A DNA stretch of 64,000 nucleotides, from positions 34,808-98,807 of the forward strand of contig CAWALB010000006.1 in NCBI GenBank assembly GCA_963782795.1, in the 5' to 3' direction. Shown piece after piece: positions 46,919 to 56,170 of the stretch (its first letter is position 1; every line of letters starts with the position of its first letter). A model generated the notes under the pieces. It saw only the letters and a list, made by a program, of their open reading frames with translations, did no database searches and had not been told where the DNA came from. The position numbers were made by a program, and so were the translations under genes. This stretch comes from an uncultured Actinomycetes bacterium (GTDB taxonomy: Bacteria > Actinomycetota > Thermoleophilia > Solirubrobacterales > 70-9).

Positions 46919-47374
46919 GTGTCGCAGGCAACTCTCCACACGAGCGCCGGGCCGGTCACCGTCGAGCTCTTCGACGAGGACGCCCCGAAGACGGTGGAGA
47001 ACTTCCGCAAGCTCTCCGGGGACGGGTTCTACGACGGCCTGATCTTCCACCGCGTGATCCCCGACTTCATGATCCAGGGTGGCTGCCCGGAGGGCACGGG
47101 TACCGGCGGGCCGGGATACACGTTCGAGGACGAGTTCAACGACCACAAGATCGTCCGCGGTGCGCTGGCGATGGCGAACGCCGGGCCGAACACGAACGGC
47201 TCCCAGTTCTTCATCGTCACGACCGCCGAGGCCCCGTGGCTGGACGGCAAGCACACCGTCTTCGGCGAGGTGACGGACGGGATGGACGCCGTGGATGCGA
47301 TCGAGGCGACCCCCACGGGCGCCGGCGACCGCCCGGTCGAGCCTCAGGTCATCGAGCGCGTAGAGCTCTCCTAG
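46919..47374 (+). CDS. cyclophilin-type peptidyl-prolyl cis-trans isomerase
   Basis: [15 protein letters not shown] and [15 protein letters not shown] motifs, 151 aa. Confidence 0.9.
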   Translation: MSQATLHTSAGPVTVELFDEDAPKTVENFRKLSGDGFYDGLIFHRVIPDFMIQGGCPEGTGTGGPGYTFEDEFNDHKIVRGALAMANAGPNTNGSQFFIVTTAEAPWLDGKHTVFGEVTDGMDAVDAIEATPTGAGDRPVEPQVIERVELS

Positions 47375-47541
47375 CCGCCCGCCCCGGAGTGCAGCGAAGA
47401 CGACTTCGGGTGCTCACGCGCCAGCTGTGCCTTGACGCCGATCTCGTGCAGGTCAGCGGCAATCGCGCCCGGGCGATTCCATTTTCGCTCTCCAAATGCT
47501 ATCTTGAGTAAATCGGTCTACAAACTTTGAAAGGGCAGGTG

Positions 47542-47757
47542 ATGGCAGTGACTCCGATCTGGATGTTCGAGGGGGCCCAGGAGCTGGACCCCGTCGCAGA
47601 GCGGAATCTCGTGGAGCGGCGCTTCTCGGCCCTGGCGGCGGCAGTGCGAGCCCACGAGGCGCGGGTGCGGCGGCAGGTCACGGGGACACGCCCGTGCGAC
47701 CTCGTCCTTTACCGGCGGATGCGGCAGATCCTGGCCGAGGAAGGCGGGCTGTCGTGA
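47542..47757 (+). CDS. small hypothetical protein (71 aa)
   Basis: AT-richer promoter-like region upstream and an AGGGCAGGTG SD-like stretch before ATG 47542. No family recognised. Confidence 0.35.
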   Translation: MAVTPIWMFEGAQELDPVAERNLVERRFSALAAAVRAHEARVRRQVTGTRPCDLVLYRRMRQILAEEGGLS

Positions 47758-47921
47758 GCCACCTGCGCTGCCCCGACTGCGGAGTGACCGTCGCCGACCG
47801 CGATGGCCAGGACCCGACCAGGCCGTGCCCGCGTTGCCTCATGCGCACCGGCACGCGGGTGTGGATGGAGCCTCGCGTATTCATGCGGCCCGAGCCGCGC
47901 TTCCAGCTGCGCGGGCACTAG
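47754..47921 (+). CDS. small zinc-ribbon protein (55 aa)
   Basis: GTGA overlap with the upstream small ORF. CPDCG...CPRC pair. Confidence 0.35.
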   Translation: MSHLRCPDCGVTVADRDGQDPTRPCPRCLMRTGTRVWMEPRVFMRPEPRFQLRGH

Positions 47922-48688
47922 CCGGCGGTCCCGCCACTCTCCCCCTGCGACTCCGGCTCGCCGTCTCCGTCTGGGGCGTGCAGCGGAAGGCAGGCCTCGC
48001 AGAAGTCGGAGCCGAACGGGGTGAGGTGGATGCTGCGGCGCACGGTGCGCGAGGTGCGCCCCGCCTCGCGCATCGCCGCGACCGCCTCCGGCTGGGCCTC
48101 GAGCACCTGGTAGAGGTTGACGTCGCGCAGGGTTTCGCGCGAGAACCAGATCAGGCCCAGCCGGTTCAGGTTGTCGAGGTAGGCCGCCACCCGGTCGGGG
48201 TAACGGCAGCCGGCCTCGGCTCCGATCATGTTGAGCCCGGGCTCAACGAGCTCGGAAACGAGCGGCAGCCCGCGGCGAACGTCGACCGCCGGCTGCGGCC
48301 CGCGGGTCGCAAGCAGGCGAAGGATGCGCGCCTCGTCGGGAGCGAGGTTCTCGAGGATCCGCGCGTAGGCGGGGTGCAGCTCATCGGCCTGCCCGACGTC
48401 GGCCGACTGGGCGAGGAGCTCCGCCCCGCGCTCTCGCAGGGCCGCGCGAGTCGCCTCGGACTCGCCGGCCGGCGTTCGCGGCCGGTCGGTGGAGGGCCTT
48501 GGTCCCACCGGAGCCGCCGACTCGCGTTGCCCGATCGTGGCGCGCGCGATCCGGGAGCCCAGCCACAGCGACGCGCCCAGGCTGCGCTCGGCGGCGTTCA
48601 GCCACGCCGACGCAGCCAGGCGGGCGGCCGCGGGCAGCACGTCGAACGGCCCGTTGGAGTTGCGGTTGTTCCGCTCGCCGGGCGCCAT
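47918..48688 (-). CDS. DUF4393/Abi-alpha-like protein
   Basis: HPAYARILENLAPDEARILRLL and DNLNRLGLIWF resemble the Abi-alpha family (recognition from memory). The ATG shares one nt with the DUF445 stop. Confidence 0.5.
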   Translation of the reverse strand: MAPGERNNRNSNGPFDVLPAAARLAASAWLNAAERSLGASLWLGSRIARATIGQRESAAPVGPRPSTDRPRTPAGESEATRAALRERGAELLAQSADVGQADELHPAYARILENLAPDEARILRLLATRGPQPAVDVRRGLPLVSELVEPGLNMIGAEAGCRYPDRVAAYLDNLNRLGLIWFSRETLRDVNLYQVLEAQPEAVAAMREAGRTSRTVRRSIHLTPFGSDFCEACLPLHAPDGDGEPESQGESGGTAG

Positions 48689-50001
48689 CAGACTCCGAAG
48701 ATCGCCAGGTGAATCAGGCCGGCGCCGAAGCCAAGCACGGCCCCGTGTAGGTAGAGCAGCCACTCGTCCTCGCGGATCGCGGAGCGCAGGAGCTCGGAGA
48801 AGTCCGAGTAGGACATCTCCCGCATCCGATCGCTCAAGAGCTCCTCGATGCGCTCGCTCTGGCGGGCGCTGAACTCGGGGTCGGTCAACGGGGTCATCGT
48901 GTAGCGGGCCGCCTCGGTTGCCACGGACTCGCGAATCGTGTCGTACTCACGCGCCCCGACGGCGAGCCGGACGGCCTCGCGCGTCACCACCCCGCCCGCG
49001 GCGCGGTCGACCGCGGGGCGCAGAGAGGACTCGAGCATGGCGCGCGTGCGATCGGAGCTCGGCCCGTGCATGAGCTGCTCCCCGATGTTGCCGACGGTGA
49101 CGATGTCGTCCGCGATGATCCCCGCGTAGACGTCGGCCACCTCGCTCTGCCGGCGCAGGAAAAGGCCCTGGAGCAGGACCGGGCCAAGCCTCCGCGGCTC
49201 CACGGGCTCGAAGATCATGTAGATCGCGAGCAGGTTGGTCACCCAGCCGACGACCACGCCGCACACGGGCAGCACCCACCAGTGCGGGAACGCGAAGGTG
49301 ATCCCGACGACGGGGATCCCGAGCAGCAGCCCGAAGACGAAGCCGAGGTTGACGATCAGGCGCAGCTCCCGCTCGCCGACGTCGCGGAACACGCGGTTGG
49401 CCAGCTCCGGGTGCTCCTCCATCTGCCGGATGACCATCAGCTTCACATCCAGCAGCTGGTCGATGTTGTCGCCGATCTCCTTCGTGACCTCGCGGACGAC
49501 CTCGGGCAGCTGCTCCTGTACACGGGAGTGGACCGCCTCGCGGACGCGCGGCGGGAGGTCCTCCCACAGGCCGGGGTTCTCGCGACGCATGATCCGCTCG
49601 ACGACGTCGCGGACGTCGTCCCTCGAGGTGGCGACGATGTGCTCGGCGATCCGCTCGGGGTCCAGCTGGCGGTAGAACTCGGCGGGGCTGCCCAGCTTTG
49701 CGATCCCCTTGTCGACCGCGATCGAGCCCATCTTCGCGGCGCGCGAGGGAATGATCCCCTGCCACCCGACGGCTCCGTGCATGAAGCCCGGGATCTGCTG
49801 CACCCGCCGCGGCAGGAGGGTCACCGCCGAGCCCAGGCCGGGGAGCCGGAAGCCTGCAAACCGCACGGGATAGAAGAGCATCCAGACGCCGGTCCAGTTG
49901 ATGACGTAGCCGATCGCGCCCGTGAAGAGCGGGATCGTGATCGCCTTCACGAGGTCGCCGCCGTGGACGAGCGGCAGCGAGATTCCGGCCAGCACCTGCA
50001 T
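48688..50001 (-). CDS. DUF445 family membrane protein
   Basis: TGAIGYVINWTGVWMLFYPVRF and GWQGIIPSRAAKM motifs, with a C-terminal TM pair. Only the last 437 aa of the 808-aa track ORF are credible. Confidence 0.7.
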   Translation of the reverse strand: MQVLAGISLPLVHGGDLVKAITIPLFTGAIGYVINWTGVWMLFYPVRFAGFRLPGLGSAVTLLPRRVQQIPGFMHGAVGWQGIIPSRAAKMGSIAVDKGIAKLGSPAEFYRQLDPERIAEHIVATSRDDVRDVVERIMRRENPGLWEDLPPRVREAVHSRVQEQLPEVVREVTKEIGDNIDQLLDVKLMVIRQMEEHPELANRVFRDVGERELRLIVNLGFVFGLLLGIPVVGITFAFPHWWVLPVCGVVVGWVTNLLAIYMIFEPVEPRRLGPVLLQGLFLRRQSEVADVYAGIIADDIVTVGNIGEQLMHGPSSDRTRAMLESSLRPAVDRAAGGVVTREAVRLAVGAREYDTIRESVATEAARYTMTPLTDPEFSARQSERIEELLSDRMREMSYSDFSELLRSAIREDEWLLYLHGAVLGFGAGLIHLAIFGV

Positions 50002-50076
50002 GTGCGAGCCCAAACTAGCTGGGGGCGCGCGACGTTGCCGCAGTTGGCCCCCTGCGCCGTACCATGGCCGCGGGGC

Positions 50077-51135
50077 ATGAAGCTGGTCATCCAGATCCCG
50101 TGCCTGGACGAGGAGGAGACCCTTCCCCAGGTCCTGCGTGAGCTGCCCCGCCGGCTCACGGGCTTCGACGAGGTCGAATGGCTCGTGATCGACGACGGCT
50201 CGACCGATCGGACCGTCGAGATGGCGCGGGCGAACGGCGTCGACCACATCGTCCGGCTCACCAACAACAAGGGCCTCGCAGCCGCGTTCCAGGCGGGCAT
50301 CGACGCCTCCCTCAAGCTCGGGGCGGACGTGATCGTCAACACGGACGCCGACCACCAGTACCAGGCGGGGGACATCCCACGGCTCGTGGGGCCGATCCTC
50401 GAAGGTCGCGCCGACATGGTCGTCGGCGACCGCCAGGTGAAGGACGTCGAGCACTTCTCGGCGTCGAAGAAGCTCCTGCAGCGCCTCGGAAGCTGGGTCG
50501 TACGCCGTGCTTCGGGCACGACCATCCCCGACACGACGTCCGGGTTTCGCGCCTACAACCGGGAGGCGGCGCTCCAGCTCGTGGTCGTCTCCAACTACAC
50601 GTACACGCTCGAGAGCCTGATCCAGGCGGGCAAGACGCTTGTCGCGCTCGACCACGTGCCGATCTCGAGTAACCCGAAGACGCGCGACTCGCGGCTGGTC
50701 GACTCCACCGCCCGCTACGTGCGCCGGAACGCACTCGCGGTCTTCAGGGCATACGTCCTGTACGAGCCGCTCCGCGTGTTCACGGTCGTCGCGATCCTCT
50801 TCGCGCTCGCCGCGCTCGCCGCCTTCGGCCCATTCCTGACCGACGCGATCCTGAACGGGGACACGACCGGTCACATCCAGTCGCTGATCCTCGGCGCCAT
50901 CCTCGCGCTGACGGCGGTCCAGATGTTCGGGTTGGGGATCGTCGGCGACGCCCTCGCGGGACAGCGCGTGATCGCGCAGCGGACCTATGAGCGCGTCCGG
51001 AGACTCGAGCTCGAGGCCGGGATCGAGCCGTCCCACTACGAGCCGGGCGCCGAGTCCATCGCCGCCAAGGCCGAGGGCCTCCACGCGGAGGCCGGGGGCG
51101 CCGGGGAGCGCCATCGCAGCGAGGTCGGAGTCTGA
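50077..51135 (+). CDS. family 2 glycosyltransferase (polyprenyl-phosphate sugar synthase-like, C-terminal TM helices)
   Basis: MKLVIQIPCLDEEETL...WLVIDDGSTDRT...VNTDADHQY, with two C-terminal TM helices. Confidence 0.85.
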   Translation: MKLVIQIPCLDEEETLPQVLRELPRRLTGFDEVEWLVIDDGSTDRTVEMARANGVDHIVRLTNNKGLAAAFQAGIDASLKLGADVIVNTDADHQYQAGDIPRLVGPILEGRADMVVGDRQVKDVEHFSASKKLLQRLGSWVVRRASGTTIPDTTSGFRAYNREAALQLVVVSNYTYTLESLIQAGKTLVALDHVPISSNPKTRDSRLVDSTARYVRRNALAVFRAYVLYEPLRVFTVVAILFALAALAAFGPFLTDAILNGDTTGHIQSLILGAILALTAVQMFGLGIVGDALAGQRVIAQRTYERVRRLELEAGIEPSHYEPGAESIAAKAEGLHAEAGGAGERHRSEVGV

Positions 51136-51251
51136 GCTCCACCGCCGCGGCGCCGGCCCAGGCCGGCGGCAACGTCTACGACAAGTACGGGACCGCCAAT
51201 CCGATCGAACGGCGGCTCGTCGCGGGCTTCATCGCGCAGCTGCTCGAGCTG

Positions 51252-51755
51252 GTGGATCGGACGGGCGCGGTCGAGGCGCACGAGGTCGGCTGCGGCGAGG
51301 GCGAGCTGACCCGGCGCCTCGCGGCGCGCGGCCTGCGGGTCCGCGGCACGGATGTGTCGGCGGAGGTGATCGCGGAGGCGCGAGCGCGGGCCGAGGCGGG
51401 CGGGGTCGGCGCGGAGTTCCGCGTCGCGCCGGTGGAGGAGCTGGAGCCCGCCCAGGACGCCGCCGAGCTGATCGTCTGCTGCGAGGTCATCGAGCACCTG
51501 CCCGATCCGGAGGGGGCGCTTTCGGTCGTGGCCTCGCTCGCGTCGCCGTGGGCGATCGTCAGCGTCCCGCGCGAGCCACTCTGGCGCGGCCTCAACATGG
51601 CACGCCTCAAGTACCTGGGCTCGTTCGGCAACACGCCGGGGCACCTCAACCACTGGTCGCGCCGCTCTTTCGTCCGTTTCCTGGAGACGACGTTCGACGT
51701 CGTCGAGGTGCGCGCTCCCCTGCCCTGGACGATGGCCCTGTGCCGGACCCGCTGA
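51252..51755 (+). CDS. class I SAM-dependent methyltransferase (probably starts at CTG 51132)
   Basis: EVGCGEGELT motif I lies only 11 aa after the first canonical start. The conserved-looking N-terminus (NVYDKYGTANPIERRLVAGFIAQLL) is in frame upstream, back to a CTG that overlaps the GT2 stop. Confidence 0.75.
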   Translation: MDRTGAVEAHEVGCGEGELTRRLAARGLRVRGTDVSAEVIAEARARAEAGGVGAEFRVAPVEELEPAQDAAELIVCCEVIEHLPDPEGALSVVASLASPWAIVSVPREPLWRGLNMARLKYLGSFGNTPGHLNHWSRRSFVRFLETTFDVVEVRAPLPWTMALCRTR

Positions 51756-51777
51756 GCCCTCCTACACTTTCGCGACC

Positions 51778-53502
51778 GTGAGTCGCGTACGCCGGATGGC
51801 AGAGCCGGTGCGCGCCCGGCCAGGCCTCGCCGCGATCGCCTGCCTCGGGATCGCGTGGGGGTTCGTCATGCACTCGATGGGCTGGGCGCAGCTGGCCCAC
51901 TTCGCACAGGTGCGAGCGCTGGCCGACGGCCAGGCGAACATCGATCGCTGGCACTGGCAGACGAAGGACAAGGCCTGGACCGACGGCCACTTCTATTCCG
52001 TGAAGGCGCCGGGGCTCCCGCTGCTCACCCTTCCCGAGTACATGGCCCTCAACGCCGCCGGCGCCTGGTCGGTGTCGAAAGACGCGGCCGACACCGCAAG
52101 CCACGCCGCGCACCCGCGGTGGACACCGGCGGGGCGCTCCTACCCGCAGGTCGTGAACTACGGCTTCGACCCGCACCGGGCGATGCACGTCGAGACCCAG
52201 GTCGAGGACGAGACGCCGATGGTGTGGGCGCTCACGCTGCTCGGCGCCGTGATCCCGGCGATCTTCCTGCTGCTCCTGCTGCGCTGGGCCGGCGACCGCA
52301 TCCAGCCCGGATACGGGACGGCGGCGGCCGTCACGCTCGGGCTCGGCACGATCCTGATGACGTTCGCCGCCGAGTACTTCTCACACGTGGCGTCGGCCGC
52401 CCTGGGGTTCGCCGCCTTCGCGATCCTGTTTCGCGAGCGCGAGGGGCCTCCTCGTCTCCTGCTGGTCGCGGCCGCCGGGTTGGTCGCGGGCCTTGCGGTG
52501 ACGTTCGAGTACCCGCTCGGCCTGCTCGGCGTCATCCTGTTCATCTACGCGCTCTCCCGCCCGGCCCCTCGCCTGCCGCGCGCGCTTCTCTACGGCGCCG
52601 CGGCGGTGCTCGGGGCCATACCGGCGCTCGCCTTCAACTGGTGGGCGCTCGGGTCTCCGCTCGACTTCGCGTACTCCTCGGCGGTGGCGATCCAGGGCCT
52701 GAGCGGCCACGCGGTCCTCGGCCTGAACGACCCGGGCTTCTTCGGCATCGGAGTACCGCGACCGTCGGGCGCCCTCGACCTGCTGGTTGCGAGCCGCGGG
52801 ATCCTGACCCTCACGCCGGTCCTGGCCGTCGCCCTGGTCGGGGCGGTGCTGATGCGCCAGACAGAGCGGCGGGCCGAGGCGAACGTCGTCCTCGCGGTCG
52901 CCGCGGTGTTCTTCATCTACAACTCGGGGTACTGGCTGCCCTTCGGCGGCGGCACACCCGGACCGCGCTTCCTGATTCCGGCGATGCCGTTCCTGGCGCT
53001 CGGCTGGGCCGTCTCCTACAAGCGGCTCCCGGCGCTGACTCTGTCGATGGCGATCCCGTCCCTCCTCCTCATGCTCGTCGGGTCGATGACCTTCCCCCTC
53101 ATCGGTCAGAACGGCACCAGCACCTGGGCGGGTGAGCTCGGCAACGGGATCCTCGAGCACACGCTGCTAACCGTCGTCGGCGTCGGCAACGGCTGGCTGG
53201 CCGCGGCCCCGGTGGTCGCGGCCATCGCGACCGCGATCGTCCTCACCGCTCGAGCCACACCGCGGGTGCGGTTGAGCGACGCGCGGCTCGCCGCCGGAGC
53301 TCTCGCCGCGTGGGTCTTGATCTTCGTGTTCGGACCGACGATCGCGGGCGACCCGGTGACGCCGCTTCACGACGGCACCGCCGCGCTCACGCTCGCCGCC
53401 GGCGCCGCGGTGATCTCGGCGGCGACGCTCGCCGTGCTGCGCTACCGCGAGCGGCGCGACGAGCGATCCGCGGGGCGGTTCGCCCCCGAGCCGACGGGCT
53501 GA
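51778..53502 (+). CDS. polytopic GT-C-fold-like membrane glycosyltransferase candidate
   Basis: 574 aa, more than 10 TM segments, DGHFYSVKAPGLPLL loop motif. The family call is tentative. Confidence 0.6.
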   Translation: MSRVRRMAEPVRARPGLAAIACLGIAWGFVMHSMGWAQLAHFAQVRALADGQANIDRWHWQTKDKAWTDGHFYSVKAPGLPLLTLPEYMALNAAGAWSVSKDAADTASHAAHPRWTPAGRSYPQVVNYGFDPHRAMHVETQVEDETPMVWALTLLGAVIPAIFLLLLLRWAGDRIQPGYGTAAAVTLGLGTILMTFAAEYFSHVASAALGFAAFAILFREREGPPRLLLVAAAGLVAGLAVTFEYPLGLLGVILFIYALSRPAPRLPRALLYGAAAVLGAIPALAFNWWALGSPLDFAYSSAVAIQGLSGHAVLGLNDPGFFGIGVPRPSGALDLLVASRGILTLTPVLAVALVGAVLMRQTERRAEANVVLAVAAVFFIYNSGYWLPFGGGTPGPRFLIPAMPFLALGWAVSYKRLPALTLSMAIPSLLLMLVGSMTFPLIGQNGTSTWAGELGNGILEHTLLTVVGVGNGWLAAAPVVAAIATAIVLTARATPRVRLSDARLAAGALAAWVLIFVFGPTIAGDPVTPLHDGTAALTLAAGAAVISAATLAVLRYRERRDERSAGRFAPEPTG

Positions 53503-55184
53503 ATCTCGTAGACCAGGAGATCGCCGTCGCGGCTGCGGGTGAGCGGAAGCCCGCGGATCGGCTTCCGGCCGGCGTCCTGCCACGGCGTTCCCCCGGTCCG
53601 GTTCGTGTGCAGGACCACCGACTTGACGCCGAGGCGCTGGAGCAGCTCCACCCCTCGCGGATCGGGGAAGCCCTCCTCCTTGCGGATGACGCGGCGCGTG
53701 TACTGCGGGTTGAGGCTCGAGCGGCCGTTGACGATCTTCGGATAGCCGTCGGTGGACCACAGGACGTAGCGCCGGTTGTCGGTCGCTCGCTTGGCCGGCA
53801 GGTGGAGCTGCGGCGCCGGCACGGACGCGGTCGACGGCGGCACCGCCGGGACCTTCGGCTGCGCCTGGTTGTCGAACGGGTCGAACGGGAGCCCCCTCCC
53901 CTCCACGAGCACCAGGAACACGGCAACGGCCGCGATCGCCGCCCCGCCGCGCCACGCCGCCACGCCCCGCAGCGGCCGCCAGGCCCTGAGTCGCTCTATC
54001 CCAGCGCCGGCAAGCAGCGCGAGGCCCAGTGCGGTGAACGTGTCGAGGCGCCCCGGGACCCGGATCGCGTTCCAGCCCGGTAAGACCTCGTAGATCCATC
54101 GGTACGGCCACAGGAACGTTGCCTCTGACCGGAATCCCATCGCCAGGATCGCCACCGCGAGAACGGCGATCCCGAGGCCGCGCCGCAGCCAGCGCGGGAA
54201 CGATCTCGAGCCAAGCCCGGCGATCGCGAGGATCAGGATCACGACGCCGGGGAACAGCGTCTCCTCCTGGACGTTGGAGAGGGTGTCCCGAACCGGTCCC
54301 GTCGCCGCCCCCCAGACGAAGTTCTCCTCGGGCGCCACGAGGTATGCCCAAGGCGGCGACGCGAACGCCTCCACCTCCGCCGGCGTGCGTTTCGCGCCCG
54401 GATGCGCGTTGGCGACGTGCTCGTACGGCCGGCTCAGGCCGAAGCCGGTGCCGACGAAGATGACCGCGCCGGCGACCGTCGCGATCGCCAGCCCGCGGTT
54501 GATCCTTGGCTTCCCGCGCCGCCACCACACGATCGCGGCGACGATCCAGAGGGCGACGAGGAGGTAGGCGAACGGGAGGCCGAGCGTGAATCCGAAGAGG
54601 AGCTGCCACGTGGCGACGATCCAGCCCGCCACGACCCAGCCCGGTCGCCGGCGCCGGTAGCCCCGCAGCGCGAGCGCTAGCGCGAGCGGGATGCCCCCGC
54701 TCGAGATCACCTGCATGTGGCCGTCCTGCTCCAGTCGGAACGGCGCAAAGGCGAAGGCCGCGCCGGCCACCACGGCACCGACGCGGCCGAGCCCGAGCTC
54801 GCGAGCGAGCAGGTAGGCCCCCACGAACGCGAGCGCGTACGCGAACAGGAACATCAGGTCGTACCGGAAGACGGCGGCGTGCGGCCCCGCGCCGATCAGC
54901 CCGGCGGGGGCATAGCCGATCAACGCGTCGGAGAACGCGAGGGAGTCGCCGAACGGCCAGAACTGGTTCGCGTCGAAGAAGTGGAGCGGTTGATGGGCGA
55001 GCGCGTGGCCGTCCCAGGCCATCTGGTACGCCTGCGCGAGCGGGTCGCCGAGGTCCTTGGGGATGTCGTGGCCCAGGTTGAGGATCAGCGGCCAGTGCAT
55101 GATCAGCGCGACCAGGCAGGCGCCCACGACGACGATGGCGAGCTCGCGGATTGTGACCTCGGGGGCCCTTCGCATCCGCGGCAT
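53442..55184 (-). CDS. polytopic GT-C-fold-like membrane protein
   Basis: 580 aa, HWPLILNLGHDIPKDLGDPLAQAYQMAW N-terminal loop, many TM segments. The 3' end overlaps the convergent gene by 61 nt. Confidence 0.6.
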   Translation of the reverse strand: MPRMRRAPEVTIRELAIVVVGACLVALIMHWPLILNLGHDIPKDLGDPLAQAYQMAWDGHALAHQPLHFFDANQFWPFGDSLAFSDALIGYAPAGLIGAGPHAAVFRYDLMFLFAYALAFVGAYLLARELGLGRVGAVVAGAAFAFAPFRLEQDGHMQVISSGGIPLALALALRGYRRRRPGWVVAGWIVATWQLLFGFTLGLPFAYLLVALWIVAAIVWWRRGKPRINRGLAIATVAGAVIFVGTGFGLSRPYEHVANAHPGAKRTPAEVEAFASPPWAYLVAPEENFVWGAATGPVRDTLSNVQEETLFPGVVILILAIAGLGSRSFPRWLRRGLGIAVLAVAILAMGFRSEATFLWPYRWIYEVLPGWNAIRVPGRLDTFTALGLALLAGAGIERLRAWRPLRGVAAWRGGAAIAAVAVFLVLVEGRGLPFDPFDNQAQPKVPAVPPSTASVPAPQLHLPAKRATDNRRYVLWSTDGYPKIVNGRSSLNPQYTRRVIRKEEGFPDPRGVELLQRLGVKSVVLHTNRTGGTPWQDAGRKPIRGLPLTRSRDGDLLVYEIQPVGSGANRPADRSSRRSR

Positions 55185-55208
55185 GCTAGGAGCTAACCTG
55201 CCCGTGCC

Positions 55209-55460
55209 ATGAGGATCCTGGGGAGGCTCGCTGTCCCTCTATGGCTCGGCGCGATCGGGTTGATCGTCATCTACGCGTTCTTCGTGACCCTGGCCAACGT
55301 CTCTCCAGGACAGGTCGCCGGCGTCACGATCGTCATCGCCGGCTTGGCGATCCTGTTCGTGATCCGGAGCATCCGGGTGGCGAGCGAGCTCGCCGACCGG
55401 GGTGGAAATCCGGCCCTTCGCCGCGCCCGGAACCGCGCCCGCGAGCGCCGCGGCTTCTAG
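55209..55460 (+). CDS. small two-TM membrane protein (83 aa)
   Basis: MRILGRLAVPLWLGAIGLIVIYAFF...VTIVIAGLAILFVI, with a basic C-terminal tail. Confidence 0.5.
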   Translation: MRILGRLAVPLWLGAIGLIVIYAFFVTLANVSPGQVAGVTIVIAGLAILFVIRSIRVASELADRGGNPALRRARNRARERRGF

Positions 55461-56170
55461 GCGTCGGCTGGCACGCGCTCGGGGACCTCGGCGGAGCTGC
55501 CGTTCCCGTTCGCGTGGCCGTTTCCGTTCCTGTCTCCGTTTCCGTTGCTCGCCGGCAGGGGAAGCGGGACCGGGTGGCGTACAGCGCTCTCGACGATCGC
55601 CCGCGCCAGCACCTGGCCGTCGCGCCCGTCGCTCTCCGCCGTGCCGTCCGGCTCCTGCTCGGGCCCGATCTGGAGCAGATCGTCGACCAGCATCAGTCCG
55701 GTCTCGGAGTCGTACCGGGAGAACACGACGCGCGCTGCCAGCTGCCCCGCCCCTTCGTTCAGGCGCAACGCGGGCCTGATCCCGAGGATCGCCATGATGC
55801 GGGCCCTCATGGCGAGCCGGCGCATCGCGCGGCTGACCCAGTTGCCGCTCAGATCGGCGCCCGCCCAGATCAGGCAGACGTCGCGACGCCGGTGTGTGAC
55901 GCTCTTCCCGGCCCGGGACCCGACCACGCGCCTCGCGTAAGGACGCAGGCGCTGGCGGTGGGCGTAGCCGGAGCGGTCGTTCCAGTCGCGGAGAAAGGCC
56001 GCGATCACGATGCACGCGCAGCGGGGCCGGTCCGAGAACTTCTCCTCCGCCATCAGCGAGGCGAGCTCCATGAGGCAGACGCCGTCGCCAGGCGAGCGGT
56101 GCGCGCCGGGGTCCAGCCGCACCGAGTCGAGGTTGACCTCGACTTCTCCCGTGTTCCACCACCACGACAT
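55457..56170 (-). CDS. hypothetical protein with an N/G-rich tail
   Basis: 237 aa, GVCLMELASLMAEEKFSDRPRCAC motif, C-terminal NGNGDRNGNGHANGNG low complexity. Confidence 0.55.
   Translation of the reverse strand: MSWWWNTGEVEVNLDSVRLDPGAHRSPGDGVCLMELASLMAEEKFSDRPRCACIVIAAFLRDWNDRSGYAHRQRLRPYARRVVGSRAGKSVTHRRRDVCLIWAGADLSGNWVSRAMRRLAMRARIMAILGIRPALRLNEGAGQLAARVVFSRYDSETGLMLVDDLLQIGPEQEPDGTAESDGRDGQVLARAIVESAVRHPVPLPLPASNGNGDRNGNGHANGNGSSAEVPERVPADA

Noticed and set aside
47446-47476. The AATCGC-GCCCGG-GCGATT hairpin after the cyclophilin gene as a terminator.
   Set aside because: It has only a 6-bp stem, sits about 90 nt from the stop and has no U-tract, so it was not listed as a feature.
48688-51114. 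808-aa track ORF that looks like one giant gene.
   Set aside because: Only the C-terminal 437 aa (from ATG 50001) are DUF445-like. The N-terminal part is the antisense shadow of the plus-strand GT2 gene.
55490-55560. Short periodic GTTTCCGTT-like repeats resembling a tandem or CRISPR-like array.
   Set aside because: This is the coding low-complexity NGNGDRNGNGHANGNG tail of the 55457..56170 protein. It has no spacer/repeat architecture.
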